A stretch of DNA of 64,000 nt from Pyrinomonadaceae bacterium (GTDB lineage Bacteria; Acidobacteriota; Blastocatellia; Pyrinomonadales; Pyrinomonadaceae), in contig DASSCX010000255.1 in NCBI GenBank assembly GCA_035697425.1, forward strand, positions 1,183 through 65,182. The letters are read 5' to 3'. Positions 1 to 10,089 of this stretch are shown one piece after another. Below the pieces are notes generated by a model, which was not told the origin of the DNA, made no database searches, and saw nothing but the letters and a program-made list of their open reading frames with translations. The position numbers and the translations under genes were made by a program. Numbering within the stretch: the first letter of the stretch is position 1; each line of letters opens with the position of its first letter.

Positions 1-1
1 A

Positions 2-913
2 CGCTTTGAGCTGCGATCGCGATTGCCGCGCAACCTGTTAATTCACGCCGGCTTCAGCATCCTCTTCTCTTTCGTAGTACTTTCAGCCGCCGCTCCTATC
101 TACTGGTATTTCGGCTATCCGAACCTCACTCGCAATCCAACGCTTCTCACCCTCTTCCGCAACAGCGCCTTCAGTGTCTATTACCTGCACCTCGGTCTGA
201 CGATTTATTGGGCAACACTGATCGTCGCTCATGCGTCCCACTATTACCGGGATTTACGTGAGGGGGAGGCCAGAGCCGGGCAGCTCGCTGCCCAACTCGC
301 CCAGGCGCAGCTTCAGGCTCTGAAGATGCAGATACATCCGCATTTTCTTTTCAACACGCTCAACTCAATCGCGGCGTTGTTGCACAAAGATGTGGAGACG
401 GCCGATAGAATGATTGCCAGACTCGGCGACTTCCTGAGGCTGACATTAAAAAGATCAGACGCTCAAACCGTAGACTTCGGCCAGGAGCTCGATTTTCTCA
501 AGTGCTATCTGGACATCGAACACATACGCTTCCAGGATCGGCTGAACGTGGAGATGGAAATTGAACCGCAAACCCTTGGTGTGCTGGTGCCCAACCTGAT
601 TCTGCAACCGATAGTTGAAAACGCCATCCGCCACGGCATTGCGCGGCAGACGATTTCCGGACGTGTAACAATCCGCGCTTTCAAACGGCAGGACCGGTTG
701 ATTATGCAAGTAGAAGACAACGGTCCGGGATTAAGGACGAATGGCAAGCACGATAGAAGCCTTGCGGAAGGCATTGGACTGAGCAATACGCGCGCCCGGC
801 TGCAGCAGTTCTACGGACAGGACTTCGAGTTCGAGCTCGCAAATTCAACCGAGCGCGGTGTAATCGTTACCTTAGATATACCGGCCGTGGAGTCATCGAA
901 GAGTGGAGGTTGA
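2..913 (+). CDS. Sensor histidine kinase, LytS/YehU family (5' end runs off the window)
   Basis: The frame is open back to the window edge. It has N-terminal TM segments, the His_kinase motif HPHFLFNTLNSI and a C-terminal HATPase_c region (DNGPGL, GIGLSNTR). A LytTR regulator follows with an overlapping start. Confidence 0.85.
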   Translation, partial: RFELRSRLPRNLLIHAGFSILFSFVVLSAAAPIYWYFGYPNLTRNPTLLTLFRNSAFSVYYLHLGLTIYWATLIVAHASHYYRDLREGEARAGQLAAQLAQAQLQALKMQIHPHFLFNTLNSIAALLHKDVETADRMIARLGDFLRLTLKRSDAQTVDFGQELDFLKCYLDIEHIRFQDRLNVEMEIEPQTLGVLVPNLILQPIVENAIRHGIARQTISGRVTIRAFKRQDRLIMQVEDNGPGLRTNGKHDRSLAEGIGLSNTRARLQQFYGQDFEFELANSTERGVIVTLDIPAVESSKSGG

Positions 914-1691
914 AATGGACGCGAGGGCAGGAGTCTTGATTGTGGATGATGAGCCGCTCGCGCGTGATCGGATTCGCGAGATGCTCAAAGGTGACCGCGA
1001 GGTACAGATAATCGGTGAAGCGGGAAATGGGCGCGAAGCAATTGAGGCAATTGCTCTTCACGCTCCCGATATCGTGTTTCTTGACGTTCAGATGCCTGAC
1101 ATGGATGGATTTGAAGTCTTGAAAACCCTGAAAATGAAGCGCCTCCCGCTGATCATTTTCTGCACGGCCTACGACCAGCATGCACTTCGCGCCTTTGATG
1201 TCCACGCAATCGACTACTTGATGAAACCGTTCGACCGCAAACGATTTGCAAACGCCCTGGATCACGCGAAGGACCGACTGAAGCTTCCGGCGGGCGATCC
1301 AGACACGGAACGCATCATGACATTGCTCAACGAGCTTAAAAAAGGTGCAAAGTATCTCGAACGGTTCGCGATCAAAAAAGGCGAGAAGGTAATCTTTGTT
1401 CGCGCTGAGGATGTCGATTCGATAGAGGCTGAAGGTAACTATGTGCGCCTTAACCTCGCCAGCACTTCTCACTTGCTGCGGGATACCATCAACAATGTCG
1501 AATCACAGATTGATCCACGGAACTTCGTCCGCATCCATCGCTCTACAATCGTCAACATGAACCAAGTCAAGGAACTACAGTCCTGGGGCAAAGGTGAGTA
1601 CCGTGTCGTATTGCATAGCGGCGCCTGCCATACACTCAGCCGCGGCTATCGCGAGCACTTCGATAGCTTCATCAAAGCGATCTACAGATAA
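903..1691 (+). CDS. LytTR/AlgR-family response regulator
   Basis: It has an N-terminal receiver (LIVDDEPLAR, FLDVQMPDMDG) and a C-terminal LytTR DNA-binding domain (IDSIEAEGNYVRL, RIHRSTIVN). It overlaps the kinase stop. Confidence 0.9.
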   Translation: MEVEMDARAGVLIVDDEPLARDRIREMLKGDREVQIIGEAGNGREAIEAIALHAPDIVFLDVQMPDMDGFEVLKTLKMKRLPLIIFCTAYDQHALRAFDVHAIDYLMKPFDRKRFANALDHAKDRLKLPAGDPDTERIMTLLNELKKGAKYLERFAIKKGEKVIFVRAEDVDSIEAEGNYVRLNLASTSHLLRDTINNVESQIDPRNFVRIHRSTIVNMNQVKELQSWGKGEYRVVLHSGACHTLSRGYREHFDSFIKAIYR

Positions 1692-1962
1692 GACCAGGCG
1701 GCGATTTTACAATACCAACTGTGACACGGCGCGACCGGCTCCAACCGCAGGATTCGCACTTCCGATCGACTAATCTTTACGCCGTAACTGGTCATAGCCT
1801 GACGCAGGGCGTCCCGCAGAATTACACACTCATCACATACTAATTCAAAAACCTGGACCGCGACGTCAAACTGGTCGGCAGAGAATCATTAGTCTCTTCG
1901 CTCGAGGTTTGTAACTCTCCGCAGGCTTTGAGCGAGATTGTATTACTAAGGGGACGTAAAAA

Positions 1963-2328
1963 ATGCAGGACGATCAAGCACTCCACGAACAAGGCGCCAG
2001 CAGTTCAAAAATTGAGTCGGTGAAAACCGAGGTGCTAAAAACCGTGGCCTACACCCTATTGCGACAAGTATATGGCGTAACCGAACCGCAAAAGCCCGAC
2101 ATCAAACAAGGCATCAACTTCTACGACGAGGTTCGCCGGTTCGAGGTCAATCTAATCAAACAAGCTTTGTTTCATACCAACGGTAAACAGAGCGCAGCTG
2201 CTTCCTTGCTTAACCTGAATGCAACGACATTGCATTCGAAGATCAGGTTTTACGGCATCGAGATGCCGACCTTCTTAGAGAGTACTGAGGTGGTGCCAGA
2301 AGTCCTTTCTCATCAAGAACGCGGATAA
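1963..2328 (+). CDS. Small Fis-type HTH protein
   Basis: The C-terminus ([44 protein letters not shown]) matches the Fis/NtrC C-terminal HTH pattern. There is no receiver or AAA+ domain. Confidence 0.7.
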   Translation: MQDDQALHEQGASSSKIESVKTEVLKTVAYTLLRQVYGVTEPQKPDIKQGINFYDEVRRFEVNLIKQALFHTNGKQSAAASLLNLNATTLHSKIRFYGIEMPTFLESTEVVPEVLSHQERG

Positions 2329-2358
2329 GCTGCGGCGCGTGCCGTACAGGGCAATGGG

Positions 2359-2697
2359 ATGAGAAAGGAAAGCGGCCACAGATCTGGGGACGCAGAAAGC
2401 GATCCCTCTGACTCAGAGACCTTGAAACTTGAGGTGCTCAAGGTCATATCCCGCGCGCTTGAATCCAAGGTCGATAACCCTACGGCTATTCTTGATTTTG
2501 ATCATAGGAACGGCGTGGACTTCTACCAGGAAGTCACTAAGTTCGAGATCGAGCTTATCCGGCAGGCGCTCGTTTGTACCAAGGGCAATCAAAGAGCCGC
2601 CGCGCGACTACTCGGCTTGAAGTCCACCACTCTTAACAGCAAGGTTAAAACGTACAACCTCGATGTGAGTTCGAAAGAGTCAAAAAGCCAGGAGTGA
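2359..2697 (+). CDS. Small Fis-type HTH protein (paralog of 1963..2328)
   Basis: The C-terminus (EVTKFEIELIRQALVCTKGNQRAAARLLGLKSTTLNSKVKTYNL) aligns with the preceding gene. Confidence 0.7.
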   Translation: MRKESGHRSGDAESDPSDSETLKLEVLKVISRALESKVDNPTAILDFDHRNGVDFYQEVTKFEIELIRQALVCTKGNQRAAARLLGLKSTTLNSKVKTYNLDVSSKESKSQE

Positions 2698-2698
2698 C

Positions 2699-3106
2699 TT
2701 GATGAATGCATCACAACTGATAGACAAACAAATCGCCGACCTCGCTGACTGGCGCGGTAGACTGTTCGCCAAATTGCGAAGACTCATTAAGTCAGCAGAC
2801 CCTGGCCTCATCGAAGATTGGAAGTGGAATACTGCAGTTTGGACTCATGGTGGGATGGTGTGTGCAGTCGGTGCCTTCAGAGACCACGTGAAAGTAAATT
2901 TCTTTAAAGGCGCATATCTGAAAGACTCTCAGGGGCTTTTCAATGCCGGCATGGAAGCAAAAGCAACAAGGGCTATCGACTTTCGTGAAGGCGATAAGAT
3001 CGATGAGCTCGCCCTGAAGAACCTCGTCCGTGCGGGTGTGGCTCACAATCACAAAGCACTTGGTGGTCTGAAAGTGAGAGGTATGAACACAGTAGGACCG
3101 AGCTAA
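2699..3106 (+). CDS. DUF1801 (YdhG-like) domain protein
   Basis: The pattern DWKWNTAVWTHGGMVCAVGAFRDHVKVNFFKG is typical of DUF1801. The ATG at 2702 is the likely start. Confidence 0.6.
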   Translation: MMNASQLIDKQIADLADWRGRLFAKLRRLIKSADPGLIEDWKWNTAVWTHGGMVCAVGAFRDHVKVNFFKGAYLKDSQGLFNAGMEAKATRAIDFREGDKIDELALKNLVRAGVAHNHKALGGLKVRGMNTVGPS

Positions 3107-3175
3107 GTGTAACTAGCTTAGAAGTAGTCAAGAGGAGATGATTCTCTGAGGGTCACAAGGAAAGGAATTCCAATC

Positions 3176-3580
3176 GTGGACAACAATAAGACCATAGGTG
3201 AAGCTGCGATCCGCACTCTGGTTGAGAGATGGGCCAAAGCAGTTCGCAACCGAAATCTCACCGGGATTTTGGCGAACCATTCTCCGGACATCGTCATGTT
3301 TGACGTACCCCCGCCCCTGCAATCAAAAGGAATCGAAGCGTACGAGAGAACCTGGGCTCTGTTCTATTCCTGGTCTGGGGATCCCGTGGTCTTTGATATC
3401 TGCGAGATGAACATTACAGCTGGGGAGGATGTTGCGTTTGCAACTGCCTTGATGCGCTGTGCTCCAACGGAACAAGACGGAAAGAGAGCTGAGCTGGATT
3501 TTCGTCTAACCGTCGGCTTACGCAAGATTGGAGATCAGTGGACAATCTTGCACGAGCACCATTCGATCCCAGCAACCTGA
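3176..3580 (+). CDS. SnoaL-like / NTF2-fold (DUF4440-like) protein
   Basis: It is 134 aa with the NTF2-like pattern (WAKAVRNRNL...DIVMFDV...DFRLTVGLRKIGDQWTILHEHHS). Confidence 0.55.
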   Translation: MDNNKTIGEAAIRTLVERWAKAVRNRNLTGILANHSPDIVMFDVPPPLQSKGIEAYERTWALFYSWSGDPVVFDICEMNITAGEDVAFATALMRCAPTEQDGKRAELDFRLTVGLRKIGDQWTILHEHHSIPAT

Positions 3581-3708
3581 AAGCCTGGCTTTGGCGATGG
3601 CACCAGCTCCGATGTCGAACCGGGCATCGATTTGAATTTTCAACCGGAGCGGAGAAGCTGACAGCGGTTGAGGTCGCACGTGAGTGTCGGTTGAGAAGGA
3701 GAAAACGC

Positions 3709-4248
3709 ATGACTGAAAACGTTTTCGGTACTGCTGCGGAGACTTCCTTCAAAAGGCGTCGTGCCTTTAGCACGATCGTTTATGGCGGTTTAGTAGTCGG
3801 AGTATTAGATTTGCTATTCGCTTTCACTCTCTACAGCTTGATACTGGGAGTACCTCCATTGCGAATCTTCCAGTCTGTCGCTGCGGGAGTGATCGGTAGG
3901 ACGGCGGCGACTGAAGGGGGAATGCGCACTTTCCTCCTCGGTATCGTGCTTCATTTTATTGTTGCGACATGCATTGCCACAGTCTACTACCTGGCAAGCC
4001 TGTTATTGCCGGTGTTGATTCGTTACGCTGTTCTCAGTGGCTTGACTTACGGGATCATGGCTTATTTTGGAATGAAATATATAGTTCTACCGCTTTCCGC
4101 TATCGGGCAAAGCGGAAGACTGCCGCGACTACCGATATTGCTCACGGAGGTGGTGGGGCACGCTCTCCTCGTCGGCTTACCAATTGCGCTTTTGACGCGT
4201 CGATCGGCGAGCGGGGCGAATGCGCCAATTGGTCTACGGAGTGTCTAA
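3709..4248 (+). CDS. Polytopic membrane protein, unknown function
   Basis: An internal ATG at 3709 is preceded by AAGGAG. About five hydrophobic helices follow. The longer ORF start at 3538 overlaps the previous gene. Confidence 0.5.
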   Translation: MTENVFGTAAETSFKRRRAFSTIVYGGLVVGVLDLLFAFTLYSLILGVPPLRIFQSVAAGVIGRTAATEGGMRTFLLGIVLHFIVATCIATVYYLASLLLPVLIRYAVLSGLTYGIMAYFGMKYIVLPLSAIGQSGRLPRLPILLTEVVGHALLVGLPIALLTRRSASGANAPIGLRSV

Positions 4249-4372
4249 CCGTGGTTGCGGGGGGATTTAACAGGGTCCACTAGCGATTTGCGACGCGCAG
4301 CAAAATAGAGTTTCTAAGAATAGAGGGAGTACTTGCCGCCGGTTCACTTCTACGACCGAGCCTCTAACAAGT

Positions 4373-4900
4373 ATGCAACAACAGTTAAATAAGCCTGGGG
4401 TCGAATTGGAGATCATAGCGTCAGAGACTTCGTCGCAAAACGATTTCGATTTTCTAATCGGAAAATGGAATGTTCATAATCGGAAACTGAAAACCAGACT
4501 GAACAACTCCACTGAATGGACCGAGTTTGAAGCCGCGGTAGAGTGTCGGAAGATTCTTAAGGGCTCTGGGAACGTCGATTCTTTTCAAACGGTGTTTGAC
4601 CGCAAACCGTTTGAAGGGATGTCCCTCCGGCTGTTCAATCCCAAAACCAGGCTGTGGAGCATCTACTGGGCCAGCACCGAGTCGGTTGTGTTGGAGGTTC
4701 CACAAGTAGGCTCTTTTGAAAACAGAGTCGGGAGGTTCTATGCCCGAGACAGCTTCGAAGGAAAACCCATTATTGTGCAGTTTCTCTGGGATGCTACCGA
4801 TCTCAAAACTCCCGTTTGGAGTCAGGCTTTTTCCGCGGACGAAGGCCGAAGCTGGGAATGGAATTGGTATATGACCTTCGAGAGACAAGTCAAAGGCTAA
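4373..4900 (+). CDS. Hypothetical protein (lipocalin/DUF1579-like pattern FDFLIGKWNV)
   Basis: This is a 175-aa ORF with no competing frame. I do not firmly recognise the family. Confidence 0.45.
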   Translation: MQQQLNKPGVELEIIASETSSQNDFDFLIGKWNVHNRKLKTRLNNSTEWTEFEAAVECRKILKGSGNVDSFQTVFDRKPFEGMSLRLFNPKTRLWSIYWASTESVVLEVPQVGSFENRVGRFYARDSFEGKPIIVQFLWDATDLKTPVWSQAFSADEGRSWEWNWYMTFERQVKG

Positions 4901-4947
4901 GGCAACGCTACATAATCAGCTGGAACAATCTCATCGCTGACAAGGTT

Positions 4948-5640
4948 ATGAAAGCAAATCCAAAACTCAAAGTAATCGAGCTCCGCAACTATTTGCTTAA
5001 ACCAGGTATGCGCCAGAGGTTCACCGATTACTTTGAAGATCATTTTATTGAATCGCAGGAAGTGCTGGGCGGTTATGTCTTCGGACAATTCCGGATCCAG
5101 GGTGATGACGATAAGTTTTTTTGGATTCGTGGATTTGAAGACATGCAGTCGAGACTAGACTTCCTGCGTCGGTTTTATGAACGGGGCGAAGTGTGGAAAG
5201 AATTCGGACCGGGCGCCAACGAGCTGATGCTCGACTCGGATAATGTTTACCTCTTGAGGCCGCTCCGCGAGAGTTTTAATGTCGATGAATTGCCGAGACA
5301 AAAAGGAATCATCGTCATTGAGTTTTATTTTGCCAATCCAAATCAGCTCGAGCAATTAACGGGGTTTTTTCGCGCCAACTACGCTTCGTTTCTAAAGAGT
5401 AAACCTACTCTATGGGTTAGTGAAATTACAGCAAATGATTTTCCCAGACTTCCGGTGATACAAGATCAAAATCTCTTAGTCTCCATCACTCCTTATGCGG
5501 GTGAGTCGGAATTTCAAACGCAGTTAAGACAGTCTGCAGCATCGAAGGATCGCATGCGGCGCTTGATAGCCAACGAAAGCAGTTTGATTCTTTATCCCAC
5601 AGCTAAATCTCTCAACAGGGATTTGCAACGCGTCAGGTGA
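4948..5640 (+). CDS. NIPSNAP family protein
   Basis: The internal ATG at 4948 gives MKANPKLKVIELRNYLLKPGMRQRFTDYFEDHF, the typical NIPSNAP N-terminus. The upstream part of the ORF overlaps the previous gene. Confidence 0.6.
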   Translation: MKANPKLKVIELRNYLLKPGMRQRFTDYFEDHFIESQEVLGGYVFGQFRIQGDDDKFFWIRGFEDMQSRLDFLRRFYERGEVWKEFGPGANELMLDSDNVYLLRPLRESFNVDELPRQKGIIVIEFYFANPNQLEQLTGFFRANYASFLKSKPTLWVSEITANDFPRLPVIQDQNLLVSITPYAGESEFQTQLRQSAASKDRMRRLIANESSLILYPTAKSLNRDLQRVR

Positions 5641-5670
5641 ACGGAACTATTTCGCAACGAGGAATGGTCT

Positions 5671-6180
5671 ATGCAAACGAAGCTGATCACCAAAAGAATC
5701 GCAGTGATAACGCTAGTGGCAATCGGGAGTCTGACGCTGGGAGTGAAGCCGTGGGCCCAGTCTGACTCCCAGGTTGCATATCCTTCGAATTACCGTAATT
5801 GGGTGCATGTGCGCAGCGCCTTAGTTGATCCCAAGAGTCCCAAGGCCGGACGTTACGGCGGCCTGCATCACATTTATGCGAATGAGAAAGCTATGGAGGG
5901 CTATCGTACCGGTGTGTTTCCAGACGGCTCAGTTATTGTGTTTGATCTGCTTGAGACCCGAGAGAATGCCGGCACGACGGTTGAAGGACCGCGTAAATTT
6001 ATCGATGTGATGAGCAAGGAAAGTAAGCGCTACGCTCAGACTGGCGGCTGGGGATTTGAGGAGTTCGTCGGCGACAGCCAAACGGATCGAGCACTGACCA
6101 CCGAGGCAAAGGCGGCGTGTTACAGCTGCCATACCAGGCGGAAAAGTAACGATTTTGTTTTTAGTACATTTCGTAAATGA
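5671..6180 (+). CDS. Cytochrome P460 family protein (periplasmic)
   Basis: It has a signal peptide, the pattern YRNWVHVRS...GGLHHIYAN...FPDGSVIVFDL and a C-terminal heme motif CYSCH. Confidence 0.65.
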   Translation: MQTKLITKRIAVITLVAIGSLTLGVKPWAQSDSQVAYPSNYRNWVHVRSALVDPKSPKAGRYGGLHHIYANEKAMEGYRTGVFPDGSVIVFDLLETRENAGTTVEGPRKFIDVMSKESKRYAQTGGWGFEEFVGDSQTDRALTTEAKAACYSCHTRRKSNDFVFSTFRK

Positions 6181-6349
6181 ACGAAGGTAATGAGCGCCGA
6201 GCAGGGGCGCGTCCTGGGTCGCCACTGCAAGAGTTAGAGGGAACGCTTGATTGCAGCTGCGGCACCCGTTCAAGAAGCGTGGGATCGCACTGCGGGCTTA
6301 CGATGTTTATTCTCGCGCGGTATTCATTTGTTGCTGGCAAAACTCAGCC

Positions 6350-7600
6350 TCACCCAATCTTGCAAAGGTCTTCTGAGGCCACGATACCTCCAGCATCAGG
6401 CGGACCGATCTCTTCCCGCGCAGCCGCCTCGGAGGCGTAGAGCATCTTGAGGAAGGGCGGGGCAATCACTGTTGTAGCCACAGCCATAAACAGAACTACG
6501 CCGAAGAGTTCTGCGCCTATCACTGCGAGGCTTAAACCGATTTGGGCGACAATTATTCCGACTTCGCCGCGCGGCACCATTCCCATGCCCACTTGCGCCG
6601 CGCGCCTGAGACCGAGATTGCTCGCGCCCACACCGCAACCTAACAACTTAGTCACAATCGCGACCAAAGTAACCAGCAGGCAAAGTATGATCACCGACGA
6701 AGAGCGAAAGACGTCTAGCCTTAGCTGCATACCAATGTTGACGAGAAAAAACGGCACGAGGAATTCGGTTACGCCGCTCATCTGGCTATGCATCCTCGGG
6801 TTGTCTTCGGCTGCTTCCGCCAGGGCCATCCCTGCGAGAAAAGCACCGATGATCGCGGCAACTCCAATGTAGGCCGCGGCAACTGATAGTCCCAGACACA
6901 ACGATAGTCCGAAGATAAAGATCCCTTGGCCACCTCGCAGCCGCTCGACTCTTGGCGCCAAGCGAGTAACGACAGGAGCGCCTACAAGAGCGACAACCGC
7001 GGTAAACCCAATGGCCAGCGCTGCGGTTGTGATGATCTCGACGTAGTTAATTGTTCCCGCTGCCAGGCTTGACACAATCGCGAGCACTAAAAGGCCGAGG
7101 ATGTCGTCGATGACCGCCGCTCCAAGAATAATCCGAGCAGTGGGCGCATCGAGGAGCCCCATGCCGGATAGCACACGCGCCGTAATGCCGACTGAGGTTG
7201 CGACCATTGCAGTGCCAACGAAGAGCGCCTCAATGCCAGTACCGCCCCAGGCTTTCATCAGCAACCACCCACCGAGTAGTGGAGCGATTACTCCCAGTAC
7301 CGCGACGACTGCTGCTTGCTTGCCTACTTTAAAAATGGCTGCCGGCTTGGTTTCCAGTCCCACGGTAAAAAGGAGAAAGATGACGCCAATTTCAGCCAGC
7401 AGATTAGTGATCTCTGATGGAGCAGCCCAACCCAGCAGGCTCGGACCGATGATAACGCCAGCAAGTATTTCGCCCGCCACCGCAGGCTGACGGAGTCGCT
7501 CAAACAACTCAGCCATGAGCTTGGCCGCAACGAGCATGACGAAAAGGGTCAGGAGAAGCCCCGTGGTATCCGCCGTCGCAGTTGCGAAAAAGAAGTTCAT
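6350..7600 (-). CDS. Cation:proton antiporter (CPA2/Kef-type Na+/H+ exchanger family)
   Basis: It is 416 aa, about 12 TM, with typical N-terminal motifs (AELFERLRQPAVAGEILAGVIIGPS). Confidence 0.8.
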   Translation of the reverse strand: MNFFFATATADTTGLLLTLFVMLVAAKLMAELFERLRQPAVAGEILAGVIIGPSLLGWAAPSEITNLLAEIGVIFLLFTVGLETKPAAIFKVGKQAAVVAVLGVIAPLLGGWLLMKAWGGTGIEALFVGTAMVATSVGITARVLSGMGLLDAPTARIILGAAVIDDILGLLVLAIVSSLAAGTINYVEIITTAALAIGFTAVVALVGAPVVTRLAPRVERLRGGQGIFIFGLSLCLGLSVAAAYIGVAAIIGAFLAGMALAEAAEDNPRMHSQMSGVTEFLVPFFLVNIGMQLRLDVFRSSSVIILCLLVTLVAIVTKLLGCGVGASNLGLRRAAQVGMGMVPRGEVGIIVAQIGLSLAVIGAELFGVVLFMAVATTVIAPPFLKMLYASEAAAREEIGPPDAGGIVASEDLCKIG

Positions 7601-7694
7601 CTCAGTTCATCTCATTAAGGGTAGTAGACTCAGGTCGACTAATCTAAATCTGCTCCAACAAGCCCAGTGGTCGCTCTCTCTACCTCCGCAGCCC

Positions 7695-7730
7695 AAAACT
7701 CGCCGCAGCCATTGGCCTAACTGCGGCGAG
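7695..7730 (-). terminator. Rho-independent terminator (minus strand)
   Basis: A perfect 10-bp stem, CTCGCCGCAG (7699-7708) with CTGCGGCGAG (7721-7730), is followed on the minus strand by TTTTGGG. Confidence 0.6.
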
Positions 7731-7794
7731 CAGGGTCGCCAACTCACCGCGGACCGGATCTTGTGACCGGCTCGCAATGAGAGGAGCTCTGAAA

Positions 7795-7947
7795 TCAACC
7801 AGCCTGACCCTCCCGGTGCGAATCAGGCGGTTTGATAGTTGTCCTCTGCCTGTGCACTTCCCCACGCCGGCCCGCATAGATAACGAGCCAGAAAATCCCG
7901 GCGACAACCAGGATGGCAATTACTATCAAAACAGCTGTATTAGTCAT
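7795..7947 (-). CDS. Small single-TM membrane protein (50 aa)
   Basis: The ATG at 7947 is preceded by GAGGAG. The product is MTNTAVLIVIAILVVAGIFWLVIYAGRRGE... The terminator above lies downstream. Confidence 0.4.
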   Translation of the reverse strand: MTNTAVLIVIAILVVAGIFWLVIYAGRRGEVHRQRTTIKPPDSHREGQAG

Positions 7948-8070
7948 GATGATCACTCCTCGTTCGGCTGGTAATCCCAGGCGCGCTATGTCCCATGGAA
8001 CGGACGTATGGCTCCGCACGCACGAGTTATCTAGCATGCAGAGCATTTCTTATTCGGTGCGACTAATTGT

Positions 8071-8478
8071 TTAGATCAAACGAAGCGGAGGAGCTCGCCC
8101 AGGAGGATGTGAGGCCAATGCAGACTTCTGGGGTAAAACTGAGTAAGTGAATTCAGCAGCAGCTCGCGCGAGGATTGGGTCTTCCAAGCCACCCTTTAGA
8201 GTCGCCGCGACGGGCTGAGGATGAGGTTCCTTGTCCGTACGCTTCTGCGCTTGGGCCATCATTGGCACGCGGAAGCTATCAGATTCTCCAGGCAACGGAG
8301 GTCTTGACGCTGTGCTAGCCGGCGACTCCAGTCTGTGTTCTGCAGTGCGATCAGTTACAACCGGCAGGGGAACGAAACGAGGTCCAACATTGTTAGATAC
8401 ACACAGCGAGAAGAGCGCGGCAACTATCACAAGGGCGCGCAAATCGACGAGTCTTGAAATGATCGTCTGAAGGGCCAT
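8071..8478 (-). CDS. Hypothetical membrane-anchored protein
   Basis: There is only an ORF plus one hydrophobic segment (LRALVIVAALFSLCV). The sequence is Pro/Ala rich and I recognise no family. Confidence 0.25.
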   Translation of the reverse strand: MALQTIISRLVDLRALVIVAALFSLCVSNNVGPRFVPLPVVTDRTAEHRLESPASTASRPPLPGESDSFRVPMMAQAQKRTDKEPHPQPVAATLKGGLEDPILARAAAEFTYSVLPQKSALASHPPGRAPPLRLI

Positions 8479-8662
8479 CGAAAATACTGATGAGAGATTA
8501 CCAGAATAAGTGTATTCGCTAAAGGACAAGCTTCACTTTTATTCCTCCCCACGTTGTCGTTAAGTGACTACCTCGCAGTTTTCATGGTATTTTCGCTGCT
8601 GAAAGAACCGAGAACCACTAGGCGTTTCCAACGCCCTCCGGCACCATTCCAATTCTTCCTCT

Positions 8663-10063
8663 TTGATGAATCATCCGCCACAAGCCTGGCTCCCTGACCT
8701 GGTCTATTCAGGTAAAGAATTCAAGAACAATTTAGCTGTCACAACCGACTCTGCTGGACGCGTATCACGTCTTGCTCCCGCAAACCCGGACGACGAAGTA
8801 GTGCGAATAAAGAATCGCGCGCTGTTGCCGGGACTCGTCAACGCCCATTCGCATGCCTTTCAACGGGTAATTCGCGGACGCACTGAACACCGCACGAATA
8901 ATTCAACCGACAGTTTCTGGACCTGGCGCGAAATGATGTACAGCGCCGCCGAAAGGTTGACGCCAGAAGACCTCTACGATGCTTCGCGCATGGCCTTTAT
9001 GGAAATGGCGCTCAGCGGCATCACCACCGTCGGGGAGTTTCACTATCTCCACAACCAGCCCGATGGTTCTGCGTATGACGATCCCAATCTATTAGCGAAA
9101 CAGGTGGTGCGTGCGGCAAGAGACGTTGGTCTGCGCATCGCTTTGTTACGCGTCGCCTATGCGCGTGCGGGTTACCAGATTCATCCAAACCCACGCCAAG
9201 CACGTTTCATTGAGTCGACTGCTGATCTGTACCTAACAAACCTCGAAAAGCTACGCACCGATCTGGCAAGCATGCCGGGGGAAGCATGGATTGGTGTTGC
9301 GCCGCACAGTGTCAGAGCTGTGGCGCTTGATCAAATCAAGGCGATCGTCGCGCACGCTAATCAATCGCAGCTTCCAGTCCACATGCACCTCGCCGAACAA
9401 CCGGCAGAAGTCGAAGCTTGTATTGCGGAACACGGACGCTCACCAGTAGCTTTGTTGGAAAGCGAAGGATTATTAAGCGAACGGTTCACGGGGGTTCACG
9501 TAATCCATATCACTGCGAAAGCGGCCCGGATGATCGCCGCGGCGCGAGCGATGGTTTGTGCCTGTCCTACAACTGAGCGCAACCTGGGAGACGGCATAGT
9601 GCACATGGATCTGCTGCTGGCAGAGAACGTCGGCGTGTCGTTGGGCACCGACAGTCAAGCGCAGATTGATCTGCTCGAAGACGCACGCGAACTCGAATAT
9701 CACCTGCGCTTACAAAAGTTGGAACGCGCCGTCCTCTCGCAGCCTAACGATGACGATCAGTCGGCACTTGCGGCGCGACTCTTCGACTGTGCCACTATTA
9801 ACGGAGCTCGAAGTCTCGGCATGACCGGCGAGCCCTTAGCGGCCGGCAGCGCGGCGGATTTCTTTACTGTTGATCTCGATGACCCTTCGATCGCTGGAGC
9901 AACCCCCGCTGCGTTGCTGACCACGGTCGTCTTTTCACTTAACAGGTCGGCGGTCAAGGATGTAGTTGTGGGCAGTAAACGGATCGTCGAGAACGGCAGA
10001 CACTTCGCGCAGGAAGAAATCACGAATAGATTCAGAGAGCTCCAGCAAAGACTTTGGAGTTAG
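8663..10063 (+). CDS. hutF: Formimidoylglutamate deiminase (amidohydrolase superfamily)
   Basis: It is 466 aa with the metal-binding motif PGLVNAHSHAFQR and other amidohydrolase signatures. hutU and hutH lie in the same window. Confidence 0.7.
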   Translation: MMNHPPQAWLPDLVYSGKEFKNNLAVTTDSAGRVSRLAPANPDDEVVRIKNRALLPGLVNAHSHAFQRVIRGRTEHRTNNSTDSFWTWREMMYSAAERLTPEDLYDASRMAFMEMALSGITTVGEFHYLHNQPDGSAYDDPNLLAKQVVRAARDVGLRIALLRVAYARAGYQIHPNPRQARFIESTADLYLTNLEKLRTDLASMPGEAWIGVAPHSVRAVALDQIKAIVAHANQSQLPVHMHLAEQPAEVEACIAEHGRSPVALLESEGLLSERFTGVHVIHITAKAARMIAAARAMVCACPTTERNLGDGIVHMDLLLAENVGVSLGTDSQAQIDLLEDARELEYHLRLQKLERAVLSQPNDDDQSALAARLFDCATINGARSLGMTGEPLAAGSAADFFTVDLDDPSIAGATPAALLTTVVFSLNRSAVKDVVVGSKRIVENGRHFAQEEITNRFRELQQRLWS

Positions 10064-10089
10064 GCGAAGGGGGCGAGGTAACCCCATGC

